DNA of 64,000 bases. It comes from Sminthopsis crassicaudata. Its lineage: Eukaryota. Both the position numbers and the translations under genes were made by a program. Shown here piece after piece: positions 51,330 through 64,000 of the stretch (its first letter is position 1; the number at the start of each line of letters is the position of its first letter). The notes beneath the pieces are model-generated. The model made no database searches. It saw nothing but the letters and a program-made list of their open reading frames with translations, and had not been told where the DNA came from. The stretch is from positions 73,596,852 through 73,660,851 of the forward strand of contig NC_133620.1 of the NCBI RefSeq assembly GCF_048593235.1. Direction: 5' to 3'.

Positions 51330-51530
51330 GAACTGGGTAAAAGAGTTTGAAATTACAGAAGAGCAGAGTTACACTTATAGCAAAGTTTGAAATTACAGAA
51401 GAGCAGAGTTAGACTTATAGCAGGAAAATGCTTTCTAACCATCAGAGTTGTCCCAAATGAAATGGACTGTCACAGAAGAGAATAGATTTCCCCCATTACC
51501 GAACATCTTCTAGCAAAGATTAGATGAACA
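51330..51530 (+). mobile_element. CR1/L3 3' end with 40-bp tandem duplication
   Basis: ggaaaatgctttctaaccatcagagttgtcccaaatgaaatggactg is a CR1-type 3' sequence; duplication at 51344-51422. Confidence 0.7.
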
Positions 51531-53450
51531 GTGATCATCTCTTACTAGTCCTGAATAGCTTAAATGGCTGCTAAGAAAGGTAGGTTTCTTCTGAATCAGA
51601 TCTCACAGTAATGGATAGAACAGATATTATGAAGCCTATTTTGCAAATAGAGAAAATAAGACTTAGGTTACCCAGCTAGTCAGGATTGGGTCGTGTTAGA
51701 TCTAACTGCCTAGTTTTAGAAATTCAGATGGTAAACATGGATTAGCTACCTTCTAAAAATAAGTCTAGTCAGATATGGTGGTGAACCCTTCGTCCTTGCT
51801 CTGGGGATACTGAGGTTGTTATATCTCTTGTGTTTGGGGATTCTGAGCTGTAGTAGGTCTGGAGTCAATCAATGCTCACTTTAGACCAGCATAAATATTA
51901 TGAAACTCTTTGGGAGAGATGGAATTGAACCATCAGCCTGCCTGAAATAAACTGGCTCACAAAAATGATGCAAGTGAAGTCATCTGGGGCAGTCAACATC
52001 AAGACTAAGCCCGTGAGTGGCCACTGTTCTTCCAGGTTAGGTAAGATAGAGAGATCCAGGATCAACTGAAAAACTAAAGTATCATAAAATGCACTTAACA
52101 CTAAAATGACTTAATACACTTCAATGTTTTTATTACAATTTTAGAGGCACTTCAGGATCATGTAGGGTTTCCAAATCATCATTACCTAGATACATCAGTT
52201 ATCATGATTCTCATGAGGCAATATAAGAGGGTGTGGAAGATGGCATTCTGGTTGACAACAACCCATTTTTATCACACACTTTAACTAATGGTGTTACCAG
52301 CTGATATTTGTATAAAACTGTTACCTTACAAAAGCTCTCCCCTGCATCTCTTTTTTGATGAGGGCTCTGCTTGAGATCAGATGTTCTGTTAATGAGCTGT
52401 CTCATTTGACTGGAGTGGCAAACACTCAGTCATCCTAAAATAGCTTCACTATTTTTAGAACTACCATGCTTTTGTTCCAGTGTGGTGGCTGGGGCATTTT
52501 ATTTGTATGGAGGGGGGTCCGCCATGCTATGTTAGGAGAACTGGGGAGGCTCTAAAATTAGGAAGGGAGGTGCTTCCATTTATATTTGAATTGGAGGATA
52601 TCTGTGGCTGGGAGGGAAGTTATTTCCATTGGCCCACTGTAAGTAACAGTTTAGTGTCATCTTAAGAGCAATAAAATATAACATTAATGAATTAGAATAT
52701 AATTAATGGAACTTTTAATTAGCTTGAATCATCCCAACAACAATAATACCATATCAATTAACAAGTGTGTTTTAGTTATCTATTATGTGAACAAAATCAA
52801 ACGGGACAGTTCCCATTCTCCAGAAGTTTGTCGTCTTTGGGGGAAAAAAACATGTATTTAAATATATATGTACAAAATTCATATAAGATATATTTAGCTG
52901 GGGAACTTGGGAGAACAGCATCATTTTTTCCTTTTTGAATCCTATAAAATTATTATATAAAAATGGCTTGAGTAGAGAAAAGTACAAAGAATTGGGGTAA
53001 CTAGATTTTTGGATTTCTATTTCTCTAAGTAGATTTGCTTAAAATTAGTACACTTTAATGAATTTGTTTCTAGCAAACTTATGCCCCAACTCGAATATTG
53101 AATCTTTTTTCTTCCTTACTGTATAATCTTTGCCTTCAGTTAAAAATTATAATTCTATAAATAATATTTAGTTTACTTGTGTATATTGTTAGAGATATAT
53201 ATGTAAATATAAACATATATACATATCCACACATACATACATACATATATGCAAATACATACATATACATATGTGTGTTTCATTTCAATAGGGAATCTTA
53301 GATTCAATTTTAGTGCATAGTAAGACATGACATTGGTGTAAGGATCAGAATTTATTGTTCTTTCAGAGTAGAATTGAATAAAATAATTTATTTTTTCATA
53401 ACAGGAATACAGAATAGCTAAAAGGCTTGATGCTGAAATGATGTACATCA

Positions 53451-53590
53451 GAGGTTTCAAATCATGGCCAGACCCAGATGAAAATGTAATTGGGAACTGT
53501 TTAATAAAATAAGTAAAAATACAATAGAACACAGATAATGTTAGTTTGTGGCCTTTTAAGTCAATAGGTAGCTCACAGATATTCTTGTGT
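53451..53590 (+). mobile_element. hAT-type MITE relic (second family; reverse partner at about 63295-63385)
   Basis: Starts cagaggtttcaaa; cagatgaaaatgtaattgggaactgtttaataaaat is mirrored by tttgttaaatatttcccaattacatttttaatctgg...tttgacacctctg near 63300-63385. Confidence 0.55.
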
Positions 53591-55369
53591 GTTGTTAAAT
53601 GACACTTCTTTCTACCCATGTGTATCCAGAAGGAATGCTATTTCTCTGACATGTGAGCTCTGATATGGGTAATGACTATTTATGTGACAACAAATATTCC
53701 AGGTCATAAATTATCCTTAAATATCTGACTTAACCTTAATCATGAACTTTTTGAATCCATCTTCGAGTTACACTCTTGTGCTAATCAGGGAGCTAATAAA
53801 AAAAAATCCCAATAACTCCCTTGAAATTCATATTCCTGTTAATTTAAAAACAAAAACAAAACCACTTGTGTGATTGTAAAAATGGGGTTTTAAAAAAGCA
53901 GAAATAATAAATTGGGGGGTGAACTTCAACCAGTAAAGACAACACTAAAACTTTATAATACAGTTGGAATTGAAACTCAGCAGTTATTTTGAGAATTAAA
54001 ATGCAATGTTGTGAAACCTTAAATTATTATACATGTTTCACTATCATCACTTGTTTGATTGTGACCTATGGAGGAGAGTAGCTGTAACTTCCTCCAGGTA
54101 CTTTACAGTAGGGTTACTGCCCACTTTGGAAGAAGGAAAAACTAATTGAACTACTGATGTGCTAGGATCACTTAGAACCATTTCATAGTACTTATGACTC
54201 TAGAACTAATACCTATTTCAATCCATTTGCACTGTACTTTTTCTAAACTGCCTCAAGAGTTTAAGTGAAATGACCTTGTTAACTTTTTCAAATTGCTGAG
54301 CTTTCTTTTCATGTGTTGCCAAAGACTCGACAAATTCCATGAAATGTGACATATTGGGCAATCGATCTAAAGTATGTATCTGTTTATATGCATGAGTGTT
54401 TTCATATGCAATCAACACTAAGCCATTTTTTCCCCCTCAAAAGTATTAACTTAGTTTTAACACTTCTAAAGCCATATGGGGAGTGATAGTAGGAGAAAAC
54501 AGTGGCTATTAATAAAGTAATTGTTTTATGTAGTAATTTTCACTGATACAAAGCAGTTTAGTTTTAGTAATGCTCTTATGTAGTCTAATAGCTTCAAATG
54601 TGTGTGATTTATGTGTGTATATAGATAGACAGATAAGATACATAGAAAGAAAAAATACAACAGATTTCTGAAGATAGTTTCTTCTTGGGGACTTACAGAA
54701 GATTAAAAATGGCAAATAGGCATTTTTACTTTTGGAACTATAGAAAAGTATTGACTTCATTATGTGGAGTTTATTTTTAGTGTTGATATATATGTGTATG
54801 TATATATATGTAAATATATGCACATATGTATATGTCTATATACATATATGTACATATACATACATATTTATATATATATGTGTGTGTGTGTATATTCTTT
54901 GACATAGCCATCAAAATTCAGTACCAAGGCAAAAGTGAGCAGGAGTGTCCAAGGGTGAGCAGGAGAGTGTCTTGTAAGCATAAAAGGATACAATCCTATG
55001 AGATGGTGTCAGAGATTCTGGGGTCCTGCTAACGGGAATCAGACCTACTTCCGAAAGCTTCATTTCCAAATTTGGAATTTTCCCTTCATCAATAGTTAAT
55101 GCAGATGTGAAAAATGGTCAGCAGATCGATTGAGGTCATTAAGGAGACTTTTGAATATGCTGCCAAGGTTGGATTTTAGAGGCATGAACCTGGGGCAATT
55201 CTAAGATCAGTCAAGGAATATTAGGTCATATTTATTCAAGCAACTTTTCTTAAGTATCTAACAGTGTGCATAGAAATTAATCAGATGTTACATATTTCTC
55301 ATAACACATGAGGGTACTTATAGGAAGTATCCTCACAAAGATTATTTTTTACTTCCTAATGGAGAAATT

Positions 55370-55592
55370 TAATGCTTCCCGACTCAATCTTTCTTTTTCT
55401 TGACCTACTTTCCTTTTCTTTCTCTCCCTATCTTTTCTTTTGACTTTTCTTGCTATTTCTATCTCTTGTCCTTTACTTATCTTCTTTCCTTCATATTTTC
55501 TTTCTTTTCTCTATTCTCATTCTTTCTTTCCTTTCCTTTTTTCTTTTTTCCCTAACCATAGTCTTCTTTTCTTTGTTAGTTTTTTTTTTTAA
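55370..55592. repeat. CT/T-rich low-complexity tract
   Basis: Pyrimidine-rich run before a SINE. Confidence 0.85.
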
Positions 55593-55604
55593 CTCAATGC
55601 CAAC

Positions 55605-55790
55605 TGTCTCAGATACTTATTAATTGTGTGACCCTGGACAAATCACTTACCCCAATTTGCCTCAGTTCCTCATTTGTAAAATAAGCTGAAGAAGGAAATG
55701 TCAAACCATTCCAGTATCTTTGCCAAGAAAAGATCAAATAGGATCACAAAGAGTTGGACATCTCCAAAATAACTGAACAATAATAACATA
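55605..55790 (+). mobile_element. 5'-truncated MAR1-type SINE
   Basis: gtgtgaccctggacaaatcactt...gaaggaaatgtcaaaccattccagtatctttgccaagaaa...gagttggacat. Confidence 0.8.
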
Positions 55791-56405
55791 TTAACAGTAG
55801 ATTAGCAATACAACATTAAGACTAAGTCCCTTCCTTCAGAGTGTTTGCATTCAGATAGAGGATATAAAATATTTGCAGAAATTAATATGAAAGGTACAAA
55901 ATGATGTTTGAAAGAAGAAGAAATTATATCTGGTTAAAGGAATAGGGAAAGCAATTACACCTGATCTTGGGGTTTGCTGAATTTAAGGGTGATGGCCATT
56001 TCAAGTGGAAGAAATCCATAGAGGCTTGATATTGGAAGACATGTTTGAAATTTCTCACTCTTATAATGCTTTACAAATACTACTGCCAAATTAATTTCAT
56101 AAAATGCAACCCTAATAAGATCATCCATTTGATTGAAATTTGTCATTGGCTTCCCATTGCTTAAAGAACAAAATCTGAAACTCTTGACTCTCAAACACTG
56201 TCACAAAAATATAAATCTTTACAGCCAAATTTGAGCAAATTTAAAGACAAAAAAATTAATCTTTTATTTTATTTTACCTTCATTTTAAATTACTCTTGCC
56301 CCCTAATCCAAAAAAATAACCATCTGTAATGATAAGAATTTTAAAAAGATGGGAGTGGAGTGAATGGATAGTAGAAAGAAGCAGTTCAGCAAAACTAACC
56401 ATATC

Positions 56406-56722
56406 GGGAATGGAGTGTGGACCTCAACATAGCATTTTCACTCTTTCTGTTATTGTTTGTTTACATTTTTGTCCTCCTCAGGTTTTTCTTCTTTCTAGAT
56501 TCGATTTTTCTTGTGTAGCAAGATAATTTTATAAATATGTATACATATATTTCATTAATATATAATTTAACATATTTAACATGTATTGGACTACCTGCCA
56601 TCTAGGGAAGAGAAGGAGAGGGAAAGAAGGGAAAATTTGGAACAGAAGGTTTTATAAAGGTCAATGCTGAAAAACTTACCCATGCATATGTTTTGTAAAT
56701 AAAAAGATATAATAAAAAAGAA
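56406..56722 (+). mobile_element. 5'-truncated L1 3' end with 15-bp TSD, nested in an older element
   Basis: L1 3' UTR (ttggactacctgccatctagggaag...aatttggaacagaagg); TSD aaaactaaccatatc at 56391-56405 and 56723-56737. Confidence 0.88.
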
Positions 56723-58095
56723 AAAACTAACCATATCAATGAAACACTTAAAATTCCTCTACCTCAACAAAAAAAGGACTGTGCATTTTCTGTTTTTCAA
56801 GACTACATTTAGTCATTTTAGTTCGTTTTCAGCTGGATTTTGTGATGCTGGTGCTGGTAGTAGTGATGTGATTCTTTCCATTTATATTGTTAATGATTAT
56901 TTTGTCAGTTTCTCCCCCCCCCCACATTCCCCATATTCTACTTTCAGCATTTTTCATCAGTTCACATATATGTTCCTCATGGGAGACTTTCATATGGCAA
57001 TTAGAGTCAGCAGCTAATAAGGGTTACATTTGTTTATTTTGTTTTGTCAAGAACTTTCTGGGTCCTGTAAAGTAGTGTTTATTATGGTTTTCTCACAGAA
57101 CTGGAGTGTCTATGAATTGCAGCAATGAAGAACTCTTTTGACGCCCAGATTTATGGGTGCCAGTTTTCTCAAGTGTCTGACAACCTCAGATTTTTTGATT
57201 GGGTTTCTCAGCAATTAAGCTGAGGAAAAAAGCCCAGCCAATTTACTGAAGGCGTGTAACTTTCCCTAAAAGCTTATCAACACAATTTTCTGTTAATTTT
57301 TTTTGTTTAAAGTAATTCTCTTCCTAGGGATTAATCTCTTTCTAGCTTGACCTCTATCAGCTTCTTGTTGTCTGATGTTTATGTGTTCCTGTGTGTTAAT
57401 TAAGTTAGCAGGCCAGTCTCAGCAGATGATAATACAGGAAAGATGAATGTAATAGGATTATTCCATATTTTTCTCTAATGACTTTAAATCTCTTGACTAA
57501 GGAGAAGAGCAATAAATCTGCCTTTAGGTGACATTGAGTATTGAAGTTTATTTCCCAGGGTATGCATAGTATTGTAGCATTTTCTTCTTTCTCTTCTATT
57601 ATTATGAATACTTGTTAGAAGCCAGAGTTAGTCATGTGTTAACCTTCTGACTTTCAGGTAGAATACTTTAATTTTTTTTTAACATCACTTACATGTATAG
57701 TATGAAGTACTGTATTAATCTTTATCTTGACTATGGGCACATCGTTGAATATGGAACAGACACTTTGAAAACAATAACTGGTTTTTTTTTCTCTATTGCC
57801 TGCTTAAAATAGTGCCAGAAGGAAGAAAAACTTGGGATAAGGGGACATCTTATCTAACTCTAATATCTGATATTTAAAAATGGCCTCAGGGCAGCTGGAT
57901 CCAAAAAGCTGCTTTGTATTACTTATATTAGGTGGGCAGGCAAATCCCGGTTATTTGACCATTGATTGTTCTCATTTAAAATATAGCTCTTTACTTAGGC
58001 AAAATGGGGTGAGGGGATGGGGATGGAGGGCTGAAACAGGGGGAAGGAACCGAATCAGGTCAGAAGCCCTAGACATAACATTTTTTCACATCTAT

Positions 58096-58104
<9 letters not shown>

Positions 58105-58162
<58 letters not shown>

Positions 58163-58168
58163 TATATA
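58105..58168. repeat. (TA)26 microsatellite with imperfect extension
   Basis: Perfect TA from 58105 to 58156. Confidence 0.97.
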
Positions 58169-59159
58169 CACACAGCAACTTTGTGAAGTAGGTTTTCCCA
58201 TAATATTCATTTGCACATACATTTTTTTTTCTTTTTACATTTTGCAATGAACCATACTTGCAATAAAATATCCTTTATAAAAGAGAAAGGAGAGTAAGCA
58301 GTTCTAAATAACACATTAAGTCTGATAGTGTATACAATGTTTCACACTCAGAGTGTGACACTGGATGATCCCTTGTTTGGCATGTTATATGCTATATGAG
58401 TTGTACTAAGTAGCCTCTGAGGTCTCCTGTCTCTCAAGTCCTGTGATTATGTGATGGTGTTTTCTCATGTTTTCTTGGAAAATAAAAGTAGCCTTTATGT
58501 TTATATACCACTTTGTTTTGTTATTTTCTTTTAGAACTCTTCATTTTAAGCAAAAACTTTGGTTTAAATCATATATTAAAATATCTTCCAATAATTTTTT
58601 TAAATTTTATTTCATTGGAACCAATTGAGATGAGATCAATTTAAACAAAAGAAAAACACCTTATATTCTCAGAATAGTTTGTTCCAAAATCTAACATTAT
58701 TACAAACAATTCAGGTAGAAGGATTTGATTGTTTTGCTAGCATAGTCTGATTGACTGATGGTATAAATAGATATTTTGTAAATAGAAAAAAAATGTGTTA
58801 ATAGTTCACCTTATAAATGCTTCCCAACAGTTTTTGTTTCCCATTTATTTTCATAAACCACTGCATTGGTAATTGTTTTAGTTCACATTTTTACCATACA
58901 ATGTTTTTAGTCTTCCTTTTAAGTTTGCTGTTTTATTTATAGAAGATTTCATAATTGTTTCTAGTAACATGGAATTATTCTTAATATGGTCACACATATA
59001 ATAGATCTAAATTAAAGGTGATTATCATTTTCAGATATGTGTGAAGTTTGTGGGATATTTGTTTTCTCCTTAGAACTTGTTCATTTACCCTTTTGCTTTG
59101 TTGTTTCTTCAGACTTCATTTTTCATAATAAATTTTAAAATGCTACTATTTCTATTTTT

Positions 59160-59323
59160 CTTCCTTCCTTCCTCTTCTTTTTTTTTTTGCTCAGGCAATT
59201 GGGGTTAAGTGACTTGCTCAGGGTCACACAGCTAGGAATTGTTAAGTGTCTGAAGCCAGATTTGAACTCAGGTCCTCCTGACTTCAGGGCTGGTACTCTA
59301 TGTACTGCACCACCTAGTTGTCC
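59160..59323 (-). mobile_element. Full-length WSINE1-type SINE with perfect 17-bp TSD
   Basis: Reverse head ctgcaccacctagttgtccc; TSD ctactatttctattttt at 59143-59159 and 59324-59340. Confidence 0.93.
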
Positions 59324-61999
59324 CTACTATTTCTATTTTTAAAGAAAAATAGGACTATAAACAGATATCAGTTCACATCATATGCATTTCGCTGATTTTT
59401 ATCAATCAACTAATAGTGTGTCATATCATTTACATGTATTCTTGACTATTAAAAAGTTGGCTTGATTTTGTTGTTGTTGTTTTAATGAATTCTGAACAAT
59501 CTACAATGACTCTCTAAATAGGAAGAGCATATGTGTGTTGTGTACAATGACAGACAGCAAAGTAGATTGGTTTGCCAGGTCTGCCATTTTAATTTTTCAT
59601 TTCACAGAATTCTGTGGATTGCTTTGGGGAGAATATGGGTTTCAGGGAGCACAGTTTGAGAAACACTGTTTTATGAGATTCTTGGGCTAAATAAATAGTA
59701 TGGATCAGGCTCATGCAAAAGAGAATAAATAATAGGTGTAATCATTCGGAATCTCTGAGTTTCTTTGGATAGTTCTTCAACTATAAGATTTCCCAGTTAA
59801 ATACTTTGCTATTCCACATTAATACCATGACTTTAATTATTCATTTTAATTCAATAAACAATTATTAAGTACATCCTATGTACATCCTGGTGTTAAACAC
59901 TGAGAATACAAAGAAACAGTTAGGTGTCATAGGCATAGAACTTATGAGCTGTTTGATCTTGAGCAAGTCACTTCCTAACCTGTCTCAGTTTCCTCAACTA
60001 TGGAGATAATAATACCACCTATTTCACAAGGTTGTTGTGAGAATCAAATGAGATCAACATTTAGCATAGTGCCCAGTACATAAAAGGCACTAATAAATGC
60101 TTGTTTCCATCCCCAAAGACAAAAATTCAGCTAGTCCAACCTCTCTTTTATGCATGAATTAAACCTTAGGTCACAAAGTTATTAAGTTCCAATGACAGGA
60201 TTTGATTCCAGGATTTCCTGATAGCAAATTCACTGCTCTTTCAATAGTTATAAGAAAAAGTATTTTTGCCCTCACAGAGTTTGCTTCCTGTTGGCAGAGT
60301 ACAACATGTACATGAATAAGTCAACACAAAATATATACATAATTTCAAAAGGAATAACTGTAGGGAATTAGGAAAGGCTTCATCTCAGAAATAGCATCTG
60401 GGTTCTTTAAAGGACATTAGGGATTATAAAAGATGAAGATGAAGAAGGAGTTCATTTTAAATAAGGAGGGTTGCTTATACAAAAGACAGGTGTCACATGT
60501 GAAGAAGTATAACTGGGAAGCTAATTTGACTGGGGCAGAGAGTAGATGTAGTAGAGGAAAACAAAAACTACTAAAGGTCTTTAAATACCAGTCTAAAGAT
60601 TTTCAGTTCTCATCTAACAACCAATGAGGAGTCTTTTAAATGGGGAATAATAGGGTCAGACTTGTATTTTCAGAAGTTTTATTTGGGCAATTATTTGGAG
60701 GATTGATTAGTCTATAGGGAAAGAACCAAAGAAGGGAGATATTGGAATAGACTGGGCAAAATATGATGAAAGTACTATGAGTGGTAAGGAGGAAATACAT
60801 GACTTTCTAAAATATTTTGAGAATACTTTGAGTATTTCTCAAATACTTTGAGAAGATCTTAAGATATTATCACGTAGTGTTTTTTCTAATGCTTCAGATT
60901 GTATCCCATTCCCACTTTACTCTGAGTGATTCTTGTTTATGTTTTCCCATTAATTCTGGGTTTCACACTGGGTCCAATCAGCATGCTAAAGGTCTTCCTC
61001 TAGATCTTAACATTGCTTGGGTACCAATAGAGAACATGAGCTCTAAATCAGTTTTGATTCCTACTATATGATTGGTCCACATCCTTTTTTCATTCATACA
61101 TTTCCCTAATAACATAGTTTACACCATTTCTCCTGTGTGGTTCTTCATTGGTAAGATACTACAACTTAATCACATTGACTATTCCATTGTCCTTTAAATG
61201 GCCTGTAATTTAAATTCTTTGGAGCCTGTGATACTTTATGCTTCACAAGCATCCATTGCATCGTCTTGAAAAACATTGATATTAAAAAGGATGGGCTTTT
61301 GTTTTGGGAAGAAGCTAAATAAATACAATGTAGGTAATTGCTTTTTCTGTTTGAATGCTGTATATAAAGGATGATATGAGGGGGAGGAAATTCAGTATAT
61401 TTATATCAAGACCTCAGTTTGATTATTAACTTTATCACTTGGAAGAAATTAACTTCTTTAGGTTTTCATTTCCTTGTCAGAAAAAGATTGTATTAAGTGA
61501 TTTTGTCTAGTATTCAGAATTTTAGAGAAAGTCAGATGGATATTTCATTTAAAGCTGGATAAATCATGGAAATCTAGAAGGAATGTCAATTCTGAGCCTG
61601 ATTTTAACTGTATGGAGGAAATGATTGATAAAATGAAAATGGTATAGAAACTGTGGAAGGAAGAAAATTACTCCATAAGTATTTATAATAAAGTGAGGGA
61701 GGAAGCCTGTACAGTTTGATATGCACCTATTTTTGGAAACTAAGTGAATGAATAATGGCCCTATCAAGTTGCAAAGACATGAAATACAGGACTAATGATG
61801 TCTGACATACAAGCAACCTACCTAGCTGAGATTGGAGAAGCTCCATTACCAGGTTGACCACAAGATGATGAATTTTTTCAACCATAGCAATTCTTTTTTA
61901 AAGAGGGATTCTGTCTGCATTGGTGAAGGGAGTACTCACACTTTAAAAATCAAAAATTCTTAATTATAGGGAAGAGAGATTATGTTTTCCCAATATGGT

Positions 62000-62240
62000 G
62001 CTAGAGGGCAAACCTCAAATTAAATGGGTAAAAGAGAAGTAAACAGATTTGGGCTTGGATTAAGAATAAATTCTCCAGCTATTGGAGCTGCCAAATAGGA
62101 GAATGTGTTGCCTCAAGCAGTCAATACAGTGAGTCTTTAAACACAAATTGGATGAGCATTGGTTATGGATACAGTAGGGGAGCTCCTGTGCAGGTGTGAT
62201 TTGATGTAGATGAGTTTATAAGTTTTTTTCTAATGTTGCA
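62000..62240 (+). mobile_element. CR1/L3 3' end fragment
   Basis: cagatttgggcttggattaagaataaattctccagctattggagctgcc...ttggatgagcatt. Confidence 0.6.
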
Positions 62241-63519
62241 ATGCTGTGATCCCCAAGTCTTTTATAGCTTTAATATTACATCAGTTTCCAATGCCATATA
62301 AATACAAACCAATCTAAGGATGATTGAACTACCTCTTCTGTATTTGTATGGTAGATAGAGTTTGGTCCTCAAGGAGATTACAGTCTTCTAGGGAGATCAA
62401 TAAAAACATATAGTAGAGATGAGATATAAATCCCTGAAATAATTTAAAAAGAAACAAAAAAGGATTTTACAAGATATTTTATAATAAATTATTAGATTGA
62501 TTAGATTGATTCTAACCACAACACTTACATGTACTCTGCTGATAGGGCTATGGGCAAACAGGAAAGGAAAAATGAATGTCAGGTTATGTTATCAGGGAAG
62601 GGGGTGGTTTGAAAAAGTATGAAGAAAGAAAAGAATTTTCTTCTTTTAGAAAGCTTCTTTTTTCTTCAGAAAATTATAATTATCGCAATCAGCAAATTAT
62701 GCTTATTTGAATTCTAAATTTAAAATAACTATGATAACTTGCAAGAACGTTTTTGAAAATATATTACAAAAGTCTGACTTTTACAAGTTGGTATTTAGTT
62801 ATAAGGTGTGAAAAAATCTACCTTATGACACAATTTATTTTACTTTGATGGCATTTTTGTGTTTATTACCTGTCAGGACAAACTTGATGTGTATAATAAA
62901 CAATGAAATCTAAAGGTTGAGTTCATAGAAATTCTTAAGTCTTAACTGGTAATTGGGATTAAAAAAATTAATCTTATCTGAGTATTATATTCATAATATC
63001 AAGTAGGAGACTTGCATTTTACAAATATCTTTTGATTACTTCAGAAAAATTATTGCAAACCTTCCACACCTTAGTTTCCCATATTTTGAGTTGCTGTGGC
63101 CAAAAAGAATTAAAATTTAAAGAACCGTTTTGATGTTACCAAGACAATAGATGTAGTCTATCACTGTCCCTTTATTGGAAACCTTTTAAACCTGGAAGAA
63201 CCTGGTTGAATTCTCTAGGTCAGTAAACCATATAGGATTCCCTACTGGCACATACATATTGACTTAGAAAACCACATGTTAATATCTATGTTTGATAGTA
63301 TTTTTATTCATTTTGTTAAATATTTCCCAATTACATTTTAATCTGGTTTATGCCCAGTTGGTCTGTAAATGTTTGACACCTCTGCTTCAAAAGAAATTGT
63401 GAAATAGAAAAAGCAAAGCAGAGAGTAGGAAGAAAAGAGAGTTAGCATTTATATTGCACATATTATGTACTTGCTACTGTGTTAAATGCTTTACAAATCT
63501 AACTGCCTAATGGATAGTT

Positions 63520-63760
63520 TTAAGAGTTGTATGAACTGTTACAGAATGAAGTGACCAAAATTAGGAGAATAATTTATATAATGAAGATTTTATAAAGAAA
63601 GACAATATTAAATAGCTTAAGAATTCTATCAACACATGACCAACCATGATTTCAGAGAACTGATAATGAAGCAAATTACTCACCTTCTGGGAAAGATGGT
63701 GGGGTCAGGATGCAAAATCAGATATTGATTCTAACTTCCTTCCTGTGCTTTGGTCTATTT
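63520..63760 (+). mobile_element. Old L1 3' fragment
   Basis: gtatgaactgttacagaatgaagtgaccaaaattaggagaataattt...ccatgatttcagagaactgataatgaagc. Confidence 0.6.
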
Positions 63761-64000
63761 TATATATTAACAATATGTGAACAAGCCATCAATGCAAAAC
63801 TGGATTAAAGGCTTTGTCATAATCAATAAAGGCAGTATCAATATTATGATGCTATTGAGAAGCTTGTTCAATAATTACTGCATTAACAAGTAAGTGGCTC
63901 TAGATCCCTGGGGCTTTTTGCCATACTGATTTTACTTTTTGGCCAATATGCTTTTATTTTATAAATATTTATATACGCAGGATAAATTAGATATAATCTC

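Noticed and set aside
50862-64000. Next C1orf21 coding exon (expected to continue DEYRIKPVEEVKYM)
   Set aside because: No matching sequence was found, so it probably lies beyond the window.

Overview
AT-rich, repeat-dense marsupial genomic DNA, probably from a dasyurid such as Sarcophilus (inferred from the WSINE1/MAR1 SINEs and the L1 3' ends). The only host exon I can support is the first coding exon of C1orf21 on the + strand (acceptor at 50626/50627, ATG at 50768, donor after 50861; MGCASAKHVATVQNEEEAQKGKNYQNGDVFA). The rest is most likely C1orf21 intron, filled with L1, L2, CR1/L3, RTE, CORE-SINE and hAT-type MITE relics, simple repeats and one 196-N gap. The main unexplained signal is two decayed coding stretches on the + strand, about 34490-36090 and 40570-41579. 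Translated by hand across frameshifts and stops, they give a colinear series of motifs from a Mononegavirales L polymerase, best matching rhabdovirus (VSV/rabies-type) L. This suggests an old endogenous rhabdovirus-like L element split by later insertions. All viral comparisons use reference sequences recalled from memory and need tBLASTn/HMM confirmation. Repeat family names and most repeat boundaries are by eye.
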